The position numbers and the translations under genes are program-made. 55,560 nt of DNA from a virus (Duplodnaviria > Caudoviricetes). The stretch spans positions 1 to 55,560 of the IMG/VR virus record IMGVR_UViG_3300033146_001559. One strand, given 5' to 3'. Below the pieces are notes generated by a model, which made no database searches, was not told the DNA's origin, and saw only the letters and a program-made list of their open reading frames with translations. Shown here piece by piece: positions 10,313 to 19,369 of this stretch (positions within the stretch are counted from its first letter, which is position 1; every line of letters begins with the position of its first letter).

Positions 10313-10756
10313 ATGAAAAAATTTGATATAGTAATAAACGAGATATTCGAAACGATCACAAAACGTGGTGATCTGATGGGTGATACTATGCCCCAACTAC
10401 CGTCATACAAACAAAAGCCGAATGATGGGGTTGGTGCTAAATATAGTGCAAACGACCAAGGGAAAATCGCGGGAAAATATCGGAAGGGGGTCGATAATGT
10501 TGAAGGTTCTATGGTATCAGATCGGGATCGGGCTGCTGGGACCGAGAAGGGTCAGCTCAAAACACAGATGGATGGCGGTGGAAAAATACAGAAGGTGGTG
10601 ATGAGTCAAATGCGATTTAATCGTCTACTGAACCAATCGGGTGAGCGGTCCATCGATCTTTCCGATGGTCAGGAAAAAATTGTTAACAGTAAGGATGGAG
10701 AACTGACCGTAACACTTTTGGGTGATGGGCGCGTTAGTCTGGTGCGACGTCCATAA
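10313..10756 (+). CDS. Late hypothetical protein, candidate internal head protein
   Basis: TAATTA upstream with a longer spacing; N-terminus MKKFDIVINEIFE. Confidence 0.55.
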   Translation: MKKFDIVINEIFETITKRGDLMGDTMPQLPSYKQKPNDGVGAKYSANDQGKIAGKYRKGVDNVEGSMVSDRDRAAGTEKGQLKTQMDGGGKIQKVVMSQMRFNRLLNQSGERSIDLSDGQEKIVNSKDGELTVTLLGDGRVSLVRRP

Positions 10757-11969
10757 TAGTGTGCTTCAGAATATAATACTCCACACGCTCCTTCGTTAAG
10801 TCAAACCACTGACGGTGCGTTGGGATGTATGGTATTTTCTGTAGATTGACCATTGCTCCCATAAACCCGTTCGTCCGCAAACCTTGCTCGCGGTGGAACA
10901 CATGAGTGGCCGTAGAGTAAATACCTTGCTGTATGTCCGCCAGTGGGTATGTCGTTAATTTATTGCTATCTGGGGTTAGGTTATCATCTAATATTATCAT
11001 ATCAACTATGAGGTGTTCGGGATTACCCCCATCGGTAGATATGGCAAATATATGCTCGCCCGCAGTGATATTGTCGTCGGGATCAATCAATTCACCCACA
11101 TTGCGATTAGACATTATGACCGATATATCATCATGACCGAATATGATACTTGGATTAATTGACCCAAACTTCATCACCATTTCGAGATCTTGCGGTGAAT
11201 TATCACCAAACCCACTATAACTAACACCGACCTGTTCTCCCATATAATCAACCATGGCAATATCCGCCGTCTCGATCATTGATATGTTTTCTGCGAGGTT
11301 TAGTGTTCTCTCGGTCATATGGGTGGTTAGTGTATTTTCAAATATAGTAGATAATAATTCGGACGTTACTGAGTATGGGTTTGAGAACAGTATCCCGTTC
11401 CCATCATGGTTAACGGGATCAAAGGGCTTGAGGTAGTCAAGATAGGTAGTTCCCGCATTATTGATTTCGATTGGAAAGGGATCCTCGAAAGCGTGAAACT
11501 TATACTCGATAGTTGATCCATTATATTCAACTCCATCCACTATGGCAGTTATATCAAACACACTCTTCTTCATAGTATGTGTGGGTATCCATATTTCCCC
11601 CCCACAGTCATCGATAACCGTGTTATATTTACCCCCCTCGACATTAATGACTATCTTAATGAGAAAACAAGATATCTCGCCATCATCCCAACTACATTCA
11701 CCTAATGTTGGTGGTGAGATATATTCTACGTCATATTCATCGTCATTTAAATACGGAATCGTCACCACGACCGACTCGGGGGTTACCCCTATGATGGGTG
11801 TTTTATTAGTAACTGTCCCCGACAAGAGTTGAACCATTAGCTCATACTCCACGCCTGTCCAAAATGACTCAAATTGACTATTACCGTGGGTGGGTTTTAG
11901 ATCTAAAAACTCCACACCCAATCCTACTTTAGTGTGAGTCACAGTTGATTTAATATTTGAGTTGATCAT
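10734..11969 (-). CDS. Hypothetical protein, probably virion structural
   Basis: Long ORF directly downstream of late-promoter gene 12541; acidic and beta-rich. Confidence 0.55.
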   Translation of the reverse strand: MINSNIKSTVTHTKVGLGVEFLDLKPTHGNSQFESFWTGVEYELMVQLLSGTVTNKTPIIGVTPESVVVTIPYLNDDEYDVEYISPPTLGECSWDDGEISCFLIKIVINVEGGKYNTVIDDCGGEIWIPTHTMKKSVFDITAIVDGVEYNGSTIEYKFHAFEDPFPIEINNAGTTYLDYLKPFDPVNHDGNGILFSNPYSVTSELLSTIFENTLTTHMTERTLNLAENISMIETADIAMVDYMGEQVGVSYSGFGDNSPQDLEMVMKFGSINPSIIFGHDDISVIMSNRNVGELIDPDDNITAGEHIFAISTDGGNPEHLIVDMIILDDNLTPDSNKLTTYPLADIQQGIYSTATHVFHREQGLRTNGFMGAMVNLQKIPYIPTHRQWFDLTKERVEYYILKHTIMDVAPD

Positions 11970-11971
11970 TT

Positions 11972-12541
11972 TTAGAGTATTGGGGTTTGTGCATCAATGT
12001 CAGTTAAATTCACGATCTGAATGTCCATTTCATCAAGAACGGATTCGCGTTCAACGACGCCGCGTAATATCCTATCGTCATCGACCGTTGGATCCTGATA
12101 GCTACCACTCTTCGAATATTTCGTAAGAAATACACTCTCGACATTATGTAAGAACCCAATCGTGCTCCCCTTCGCGCTCACACTGACCTTCACGTCAGAA
12201 ATTTCCTTTCGCTTTATATTATAGAACAAGGCAATATCACGAATTTTTGTGGCGAGAATTGGTATGACGTTTATCAATTCTGATTTATCGGTAAGGTCTA
12301 TGTTTGATAGCTTTATCACCTCGTCATCTTCACTGTATAGTAGTGTTATTCGATTTAAATAATCAGTGTATTGCTTGGAAAGAAAATTCAATGCCTCCCC
12401 GTCGGCGATAATAACCTCCTCCACTAAAGTGGCCTTCAGATACATATCATACTTGAGGGGTCGATCCTCATGCCTTATACTCGGGTTCACTTTTACCCAC
12501 TCAGCAAACCTGAGAAGCGTTGATGGGTTATATTTCTCCAT
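11972..12541 (-). CDS. Late hypothetical protein (possible baseplate component)
   Basis: TAATTA-N5-ATG; 189-aa ORF. Confidence 0.55.
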   Translation of the reverse strand: MEKYNPSTLLRFAEWVKVNPSIRHEDRPLKYDMYLKATLVEEVIIADGEALNFLSKQYTDYLNRITLLYSEDDEVIKLSNIDLTDKSELINVIPILATKIRDIALFYNIKRKEISDVKVSVSAKGSTIGFLHNVESVFLTKYSKSGSYQDPTVDDDRILRGVVERESVLDEMDIQIVNLTDIDAQTPIL

Positions 12542-12556
12542 GTATATAATTAGAGT

Positions 12557-12742
12557 CTAATAGTCAGATATCATCTTTTTCGTCTTGGTGTTGATAGATT
12601 TCATTTTAGCCAGCTCGGATTTAAATACTTTTAGTTTATCCTCTGATTCCTCTCTCCCAACAAAACTCTTCAATACCTCGACTTGCACTTCAAGAAGACT
12701 TGAGATTAATGTGAGTTCTGCAAATTTATAAACGGTTTCCAT
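12557..12742 (-). CDS. Small late hypothetical protein (METVYKF...)
   Basis: TAAATA-N5-ATG places the start at 12742. Confidence 0.5.
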   Translation of the reverse strand: METVYKFAELTLISSLLEVQVEVLKSFVGREESEDKLKVFKSELAKMKSINTKTKKMISDY

Positions 12743-12776
12743 ATTACTATTTATACCACTCCATACAAGTGTCAAC

Positions 12777-13265
12777 CTATAAAAACGGGACGTTGCCGTC
12801 CTTGATGTTTTTCTCGGACACCAAAACAAATTTCCATCCCTTCGTGTCGCAATATTCCTTGGCGGCACGCCATTTTGCTTGGTTGATTGCGAACATTTTT
12901 AGTTCATACATTAGTGTGGATTCTTTTTTCCGCCCTGTCCTCTTCGGTATCTTATTTTCAAGAATCGCGGTAATCTCTTTTTCTGGTTTTATTTCTACAA
13001 TTAATACGCCATGCTCTTTCGAATGGACTACGAGATCTGTCCAGTATTGACACACCCTCTTCTTAATGGGGTTATAATACGGTATCCATACCACTTCGCT
13101 ACCCCATTTTGTGATCCTATTGGAATAATCGAGCTTATACATATACTCAAACTCTAATTGAGAGCGATATTCCACCTTCTTACCCGATTGAGTATTTATA
13201 CATTTAGCTTTATTACGGGGTTTATAAATACCCTGTTTGTATTTTGGTCGACGACTCCTAGCCAT
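12777..13265 (-). CDS. gp4: Head completion nuclease (T4 gp4, TnsA-like)
   Basis: YKQGIYKP.N..K, YRSQLE, WGSE...IPY, YWTD, VEIKP, NQAKW.AA..YC...GWKF. Confidence 0.9.
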   Translation of the reverse strand: MARSRRPKYKQGIYKPRNKAKCINTQSGKKVEYRSQLEFEYMYKLDYSNRITKWGSEVVWIPYYNPIKKRVCQYWTDLVVHSKEHGVLIVEIKPEKEITAILENKIPKRTGRKKESTLMYELKMFAINQAKWRAAKEYCDTKGWKFVLVSEKNIKDGNVPFL

Positions 13266-13266
13266 A

Positions 13267-15420
13267 TTATGCCGTTAGGTTTGGGTTATTTGATGACAGC
13301 GGTGGTGACCAATAGGGTATATCAGACCCATCACCCTTGATCGGTCTATCATGAGTAGTTACGACTGGGGACACACACCCATCAGAAGTTAGTGCATGGC
13401 CTGATAAAATCGGGTTATTGAGTTCCATTAAACTCATCGGAGTGAATGACGGATTAAATAATTGTGGCATTAACCCGTCACATGATTGAGCACCAATGGT
13501 CCAGTTAGTTGGTATGAATTTTGTTTTCTGTATCACTTCTTCCTCGGTGTCACTTGACGTGTATATCGCCATAGACATATCCTTGACCATCTTACCATAT
13601 CCCTTATCGGTGTATGTGTTCCCACTTAAAACATCATCACCCAACATGACAGGAACGTTCATAAATGTCATGACCACGTTCGACGCGATAAACCGAAGCC
13701 TGTATTCCTTATCTATTTTAAGTCGGGTCGAACTATATGAATTACGGTTAAATCGAAACGTGAATGGGTCCCCTCTTGCAATGTCCTCCCCGTCGTTTAG
13801 ATTGAAATGGTTTAGTGATATCGCCTGAACTATGTTCCCGTCATATAATCCAAGATAAACTGTATTGAGTAATACATCATGAGCATGTGACTTTGTTGAT
13901 TTTATAAATGTCACTGCGTTGAGATAGTCACCCCGCCGATCTTCCACCAACGGGTCAACTGAAAATCCAGTATCATTCAGGGTAAATCTCTGTTCTGCTC
14001 GGTCACTTGGGGCTATTGCGGATGAGGTGGTAAGTGTATACTTCCCTAGAAAATACGAATCATCCGTATTAAATTTATCTTTACCTACTATCATACTAAC
14101 CATGCCATCGATAGTGTCAAAGAATAGCGATATCATTCTGTTTAATGAATGACATGAGACTATTTCGTCATATCCCACATACAGTCCGCATGGGGTGGAA
14201 GCTGTTGCGGGGATGATGGGTTCGGTGCTAACAATCTCAACTACCCCCGAGGGATCCTTATTAACCACATACACACTCGTGATGTTGGTTCGCAGGTCGT
14301 TAATATTCTGTATTAATTTTGACGCAGAGTCATTTAAAACGATTGACGAGAACATCTCATCCTGTGAAAAAGAAAGTCGATCCCAGTCGAAGGTATAGTC
14401 GAAGTCCTCTGCTATCGTCTGTGTGAACGCATAGTCCAATGCATTCGCCCATAGGTTGTTGGCCAGAATATGAATATGTGTCCCATCGCGGGCCATATCG
14501 GATATGGCAATTCCTTCGTGTGATCCCAGCACCAAACCACCTACTGATAATTTAGTAATTGAACTGCCACTGAATACCCACAGAAATCCATCCTGAACAT
14601 CATCAACTAAAATCCCAGTCGGAGACACTACTGGATGGTCGATGATGACGTCGATAGTGGAAGTCTCTATTGCAATGATTTCAACGACGCCATCACGAAC
14701 AACGAATAAATTACCACCAAAAACATCAATAGACCCACACGCACCCACGGCATATGTCCATTCATGCGCTAGTGAATGACTGTAACCCTTGACCGCACCG
14801 TTTCCACTGTCCCATACATATATACCACCCGTGGTGTGGTCAAAAATAACTTTCGCTGGATCCCTGAATTTATATTCAGCCGATAGCCCACCATATCCAC
14901 CAAAATACGTCTTAAACGACTGATCGTAGTCAGTAATCCCGATCTTTAATACATATCCACCATCAACAATAAAAAGATCATCGTCAACCAAAATAACGTC
15001 AACCACATCTTTCAATTTACCCATATCCGTCTCGGTTATTATCATTTTACGAATACCGTTATCAAAAATTTCAATCCTTTTAGTGTAAAATATCACCTGT
15101 CGATTTCCATTAGTATATAACCCCTTTCGATTGTCAATATCATCCAGAACGCCACCATTCAGCTCATCAGCCAGAATCATATCAATCGGCATAATCGAAT
15201 TATAAATTTCCACATTACCACGGACATATTCAACACAATCGATTATTTTATCCTGCATACTATTTAGTGTGACATTGGTAATAAATTCGGTGGTAACCGA
15301 AACGTCCTCCACCGAATACGGGAGCTTTAGCTCGGTGTCAATGGTTCTAGTTATGGACGGTCTATATTCCTCTAACTCATCAAGAGGGATATCGTCGGGA
15401 AAATTATGGTTGATGCTCAC
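13267..15420 (-). CDS. Late structural protein with NHL/beta-propeller-like region
   Basis: FGGYGG...KFRDPAKV...IYVWDSGN NHL-like repeat; TAAATA-N5-GTG. Confidence 0.55.
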   Translation of the reverse strand: MSINHNFPDDIPLDELEEYRPSITRTIDTELKLPYSVEDVSVTTEFITNVTLNSMQDKIIDCVEYVRGNVEIYNSIMPIDMILADELNGGVLDDIDNRKGLYTNGNRQVIFYTKRIEIFDNGIRKMIITETDMGKLKDVVDVILVDDDLFIVDGGYVLKIGITDYDQSFKTYFGGYGGLSAEYKFRDPAKVIFDHTTGGIYVWDSGNGAVKGYSHSLAHEWTYAVGACGSIDVFGGNLFVVRDGVVEIIAIETSTIDVIIDHPVVSPTGILVDDVQDGFLWVFSGSSITKLSVGGLVLGSHEGIAISDMARDGTHIHILANNLWANALDYAFTQTIAEDFDYTFDWDRLSFSQDEMFSSIVLNDSASKLIQNINDLRTNITSVYVVNKDPSGVVEIVSTEPIIPATASTPCGLYVGYDEIVSCHSLNRMISLFFDTIDGMVSMIVGKDKFNTDDSYFLGKYTLTTSSAIAPSDRAEQRFTLNDTGFSVDPLVEDRRGDYLNAVTFIKSTKSHAHDVLLNTVYLGLYDGNIVQAISLNHFNLNDGEDIARGDPFTFRFNRNSYSSTRLKIDKEYRLRFIASNVVMTFMNVPVMLGDDVLSGNTYTDKGYGKMVKDMSMAIYTSSDTEEEVIQKTKFIPTNWTIGAQSCDGLMPQLFNPSFTPMSLMELNNPILSGHALTSDGCVSPVVTTHDRPIKGDGSDIPYWSPPLSSNNPNLTA

Positions 15421-15440
15421 TATAGTATTTATGGTAAAGT

Positions 15441-15821
15441 TTAAAAGAAGTTGGGGGTGTGATCGCCCACCATCGCCCGCACCGTATTGATCGATTCCCA
15501 GTCGGGTGTCATCAAACCTCGATGTTGTGCATCAAACTCAGCTAGTGCCGATTCACACCGATCCAAACCACTCCCACCACATTTGCTTTCAACCACCCGT
15601 CCCTTGTCGTGCAGTGAGTGTGCCAGCATTCGATTCACCGCTGATAGTAGGGTAGTGTGTGCTTGCTCGGGGGTGATTGGGGGTGGTTTAGTGACTACCG
15701 TAGTCTTGGCTATTCGTAGTTTATCAGCGACTCTGTCCCACCCAATGAACGCTAATATTGGTTCATCCGAACCATATACTACCTCACCAGTCTTAAAAGA
15801 TTCCAACTCACCTCGTTCCAT
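15441..15821 (-). CDS. Late hypothetical protein
   Basis: TAAATA-N5-ATG. Confidence 0.5.
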   Translation of the reverse strand: MERGELESFKTGEVVYGSDEPILAFIGWDRVADKLRIAKTTVVTKPPPITPEQAHTTLLSAVNRMLAHSLHDKGRVVESKCGGSGLDRCESALAEFDAQHRGLMTPDWESINTVRAMVGDHTPNFF

Positions 15822-15829
15822 AATAGTAT

Positions 15830-16186
15830 TTATTCGTTTATGTAATCGATGACACTATTAATAACCCCCGAGGACGGTATCAAAATATCAGTTCCTACCA
15901 AAGTCGGAAGGACAAACGGGTCGTTGAAACCATTAACCATTCCGATCAACCACCACAGGCGATGAGTATCAAAATACAACCGACTGATGGTATGTAAATT
16001 TTCACCCAACGCAACCTGATGTGAAAAAAGGTCAGTCTGACTGATAGACTCGACCTCGAAATAGACCGAATCGGTCATATCGTAATACTTACCCCCCGAG
16101 TCTTCTCTGACCGAGAAGAAATTTTCAAAGTCTAAATCACTCACTGGGGGTAACCCACGGGTGTTTGTTCGTTTAATGTCAGCCAT
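15830..16186 (-). CDS. gp53: Baseplate wedge protein (gp53/LysM-like)
   Basis: HQVALGENLHTISRLYF...LWWLIGMVN...DPF...GTDILIP; start re-assigned to 16186 by promoter spacing. Confidence 0.75.
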   Translation of the reverse strand: MADIKRTNTRGLPPVSDLDFENFFSVREDSGGKYYDMTDSVYFEVESISQTDLFSHQVALGENLHTISRLYFDTHRLWWLIGMVNGFNDPFVLPTLVGTDILIPSSGVINSVIDYINE

Positions 16187-16205
16187 AAGGATAATTATAG
16201 TCATG
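16184..16205. promoter_or_regulatory. Bidirectional late promoter: CAT-N5-TAATTA-N5-ATG
   Basis: One palindromic TAATTA (16192-16197) exactly 5 nt from start codons on both strands. Confidence 0.75.
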
Positions 16206-16427
16206 AGTGAATTCAAAGAATTATGTAACACTATTATAGATGAGGGGCGTTCGGTTGTGGTGAAGCGACGTTCTTTCTATCCACGCAAAATCGAAAAAAT
16301 CGGAGGACTCTCCCCCGAATTTGTAGAGGGGTTGGGACTTGAGATGGATCGACTACAACAAGAAGACCCCAGTATTTCCATGGGTAACTTTATCAAGGCT
16401 ATTAATTTTGAACTGGGACAGCATTAG
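16203..16427 (+). CDS. Small late protein, candidate internal head protein
   Basis: MSEFKELCNTIIDE N-terminus; TAATTA-N5-ATG. Confidence 0.55.
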   Translation: MSEFKELCNTIIDEGRSVVVKRRSFYPRKIEKIGGLSPEFVEGLGLEMDRLQQEDPSISMGNFIKAINFELGQH

Positions 16428-18298
16428 AGCGCTAATAACCACTCAATATCGGCCTGAAGATCCTCGGGACTTTCGTACCCGCCATAATCCACCATGTCTC
16501 TAGTATAAATACAGGGAGTGTATGCCGTAGAATTAATAGGCATTTGTTCTTGCGTTGCCCTCACATCACTGTCAATCGTCTCACCTATAATGCCGATGGG
16601 TTTGGAATACTGGTCAAATTTCGGGTCACTGAGATAGAAATAATCCTCCACGAGCTTATGGTGGAGTAGTAGCATTGCCCATGCTAATGCATCTACCAAG
16701 TCATCATACGACTCAGTGCCACCCTGTTTACCCCACTTCCAGTTGTTATTAGCACTGGTTACTTTAACAAACCCGTCCATCTCGGTGACAAGCTGGGAAG
16801 ACCGAATAGTTAACACGCTAACTTTATTCATGAAGTGATATAAGTTAGCCACCGACATATTCTTTGAATTGTTATGCGCAACAATACCAAATTCGTTGTT
16901 CGCCATCATCCGTTTATTCGAAGTGGTATTAAAGTGAAATCTCACCAACTTCCTATACCCATAGGATATGTTCATCGCCGAAACCACTTCACGGCCACAA
17001 TTATTATTTTCGATAGCACACCAGCACTGATTATACGTATTGGCCATTTTTAACACAATCAACGGAAACTCTTGTAAAGATATAGTGTTGTTTCTATATT
17101 CAGCCACCTGACGGATGTCCTTGAGATCCGTGACATCAATTATCTGGATTACAGAGAAACAGTCACCTACCCCCTCTGCAACGTCAACACCAGCAATATA
17201 GATGTGTCCGTTCACTGGATACTCCCATATCTTTAAGGAATCGTCGTCGGGGTCCCCATCATTATTCATCATCTTCCCTTGGGTGAAGATTGGTGGTTTC
17301 ACGGTGTTCTCAGAAAAATGCGCTTTGGTATCTGCCGATATCACACGTTTGATGTCATCACCCATTGCAAATGATCCACCATACTCGGTGTAGAATGCAT
17401 GTTCAGATCCCATCTCGATGATTTTCTCTGCATACCACTTATCATCCCGTTCTGGGTGGTCGCTCCATAACATCTGGAATGCTTTAAACTTGGTTGCTTT
17501 ATTTGGGTCTTTGTTTTTCTCATAGTCCCGTGCTTGATGGTAAATCTTCGCAAAGTGATTATTCATCCCATATGGTGTTGAAATCAGAATACAGAAAGAG
17601 TTATCACCCTCGGGGTTATAAGCCATGGCATCCAGTGTTGGGAGCACCGATTGTAGAATGGTTTCATCAAGACCCACTTTTCCATTATTATTAACGAAAG
17701 CCCACTCATCGGCAACGATTGAAGTAATCGTGGAACCACGGAAGGCGGCTTCGGTGGTGGAAGAGATGGTTACCTTGTTTTTATTATCAAACTCAAGGAT
17801 AGATTCGTTCCAGCGGGCAACCGCTGGTTTGAGAAATAATGGGAGATACTCATAGGCTTCTTTGATCTTCGATAGGTTGTTTTTTGCTAAGGTGTAGTTA
17901 TTTCCCAGCAAACCGATCGATTGTATACCCTTACCAAATAATAGATTCCAGAGGACAAATAGTGTCATTAGTGTAGTTTTTGACGTCTGTCTTGAGCTGT
18001 TCAATACAACACGATTGTTCTCTTGAAAATGCCTGAGTGCTTGTCGCTGAATGGGCCATAGTTTAATCAATTCCTTGTTGACCCCGAAGGTTGTGATTGT
18101 GAAGTAATTCTCCGCAAAGTATTCAATACTGTTCTGGCATCTGAGTAGTTCTGTTAGGTGTTCTGGCTTTAGTTCGAATTGGGCACCTTCAAATGGAACC
18201 ATGTGGTTATCACCAAGCCAACTCTCTACGATAACCTCAGCATCCAGAACATTATTATCCTCACCCCAGTGCCATATACCATCAATCTCTTCACTCAT
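16424..18298 (-). CDS. gp17: Terminase large subunit (T4 gp17-like); start re-assigned to 18298
   Basis: YFAENY, LWPIQ, SRQTSKTT Walker A, ADEWAFV, ISTPYGMN, AGVDVAEG, IENNNCG, DDLVDAL. Confidence 0.93.
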   Translation of the reverse strand: MSEEIDGIWHWGEDNNVLDAEVIVESWLGDNHMVPFEGAQFELKPEHLTELLRCQNSIEYFAENYFTITTFGVNKELIKLWPIQRQALRHFQENNRVVLNSSRQTSKTTLMTLFVLWNLLFGKGIQSIGLLGNNYTLAKNNLSKIKEAYEYLPLFLKPAVARWNESILEFDNKNKVTISSTTEAAFRGSTITSIVADEWAFVNNNGKVGLDETILQSVLPTLDAMAYNPEGDNSFCILISTPYGMNNHFAKIYHQARDYEKNKDPNKATKFKAFQMLWSDHPERDDKWYAEKIIEMGSEHAFYTEYGGSFAMGDDIKRVISADTKAHFSENTVKPPIFTQGKMMNNDGDPDDDSLKIWEYPVNGHIYIAGVDVAEGVGDCFSVIQIIDVTDLKDIRQVAEYRNNTISLQEFPLIVLKMANTYNQCWCAIENNNCGREVVSAMNISYGYRKLVRFHFNTTSNKRMMANNEFGIVAHNNSKNMSVANLYHFMNKVSVLTIRSSQLVTEMDGFVKVTSANNNWKWGKQGGTESYDDLVDALAWAMLLLHHKLVEDYFYLSDPKFDQYSKPIGIIGETIDSDVRATQEQMPINSTAYTPCIYTRDMVDYGGYESPEDLQADIEWLLAL

Positions 18299-18312
18299 AC
18301 GTGAGTAATTAT

Positions 18313-18519
18313 ATGTTGTTTGAAAATAAATCAGATTTTTGTTGCAAAAGTAAAACAATATGGTATCATATATTATATGAAGACTGCTTCGCAACAGTAA
18401 GAAATAAGAATCATGACAAAAATACTCCAATTCCTGATGGTTGGATGACGGGATCTTCGTTACGGAATAACGAACACGAATGTCCTATATGTAAAACAAT
18501 AATTCATAAAAAACGTTAA
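18313..18519 (+). CDS. Small hypothetical protein, possibly a homing-endonuclease remnant
   Basis: IPDGW..G motif and CxxC; AT-rich. Confidence 0.3.
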   Translation: MLFENKSDFCCKSKTIWYHILYEDCFATVRNKNHDKNTPIPDGWMTGSSLRNNEHECPICKTIIHKKR

Positions 18520-18566
18520 CATATTCTGACGAATGCAAACGTAAATACCAAACACAAAAATAATAA

Positions 18567-18652
18567 AGTATAGTAGCATAATTGGCAATGTAATAGATTA
18601 TTAATCTGTGAGATTTATCTCTATGTAGGTTCGAACCATACCTATACTGCCA
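18567..18652 (+). tRNA. Atypical/degenerate tRNA, anticodon ATT (Asn-like), long variable arm
   Basis: Acceptor AGTATAG/CTATACT+G+CCA; anticodon arm ATAGA-TTATTAA-TCTGT; T-loop TTCGAAC; one T-stem mismatch. Confidence 0.55.
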
Positions 18653-18661
18653 TTTTCAAAC

Positions 18662-18752
18662 TGCGGGGATCACATTAGTGGTTCATGTGACCAGTCTCAT
18701 AAGCTGTCGTCCTTTATCGGGCATGTGGGTTCGATTCCCTCCACCGCAACCA
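18662..18752 (+). tRNA. tRNA-Met(CAT), initiator-like ends, long variable arm
   Basis: 5' TGCGGGG, loop CTCATAA, TTCGATT T-loop, 3' CCGCAACCA; a few stem mismatches. Confidence 0.7.
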
Positions 18753-18755
18753 TAT

Positions 18756-18809
18756 GTATCGGGGGTTTACCCCCGCCAGTTCTAGGTTCAATTCCTAGTC
18801 GATGCACCA
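18756..18809 (+). ncRNA. Minimal tRNA-like element (acceptor stem + T-arm + CCA, no full D/anticodon arms)
   Basis: GTATCGG/TCGATGC+A+CCA; CTAGG-TTCAATT-CCTAG T-arm; only a GGG-TTTA-CCC hairpin between. Confidence 0.5.
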
Positions 18810-18905
18810 CCACCTAAACATATGTTTTGGCACATACTTTATTACCACAGTCCCAGAATCGATCATAACCATTGTTCAGCATGTTCTGATAACCAGATAG
18901 TGTGG

Positions 18906-19328
18906 GGTTCGAAACTGTAACCTAAAAACTTACAATATTAAAAAACATTGACATTTTTTATTTTTTTTTATGTAGAATAAGTTTAATTAAAGATGAAGAC
19001 TAAACCAAACATGATCACAAGAATAGCGAATTCGAAACGGACGATGGTATAGTTCACCCTATTCCTTTTGAATTAGATTACGAGCCAACATTAGAAGAGT
19101 TCCAAGAACTTTATGATGATTGGTTTAGAATATTAGAAAGAAAGGCTTAAACTAAGTGACAGAACTGAATGCTTCTATTAATTTAAAGCAACTTTATACC
19201 GTGAGTTCCACGGGAATTAACGCCTCGGGAGATTGGAGTTCAGATCAGCTTACGCTGATTTCAGCCAGTCGTTGAATGAGGAAGAAAACATAAATCTACT
19301 TGTAGATTTTGTAAGTTTTTTAGAACGG
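18906..19328 (+). mobile_element. Non-autonomous IS607-like mini-element retaining the TnpB 3' end / omegaRNA scaffold
   Basis: Ends match the element at 21841-23096; internal frame reads LNASINLKQLYTVSSTGINASGD (TnpB C-terminus); GG at both ends. Confidence 0.75.
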
Positions 19329-19369
19329 ACGCATGCAATACAACAACACCAATAATCTAACCAAAACAC

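Noticed and set aside
18299-18430. Extended N-terminus of the terminase ORF
   Set aside because: AT-rich, antisense to another ORF; TAATTA upstream of 18298 supports the shorter start
19293-19308. AATCTACTTGTAGATT (also at 21861-21876) resembles the Cas12a repeat stem TCTAC...GTAGAT
   Set aside because: Single copies 2.5 kb apart in opposite orientation with no spacers; explained as IS right-end/omegaRNA hairpins, not a CRISPR array
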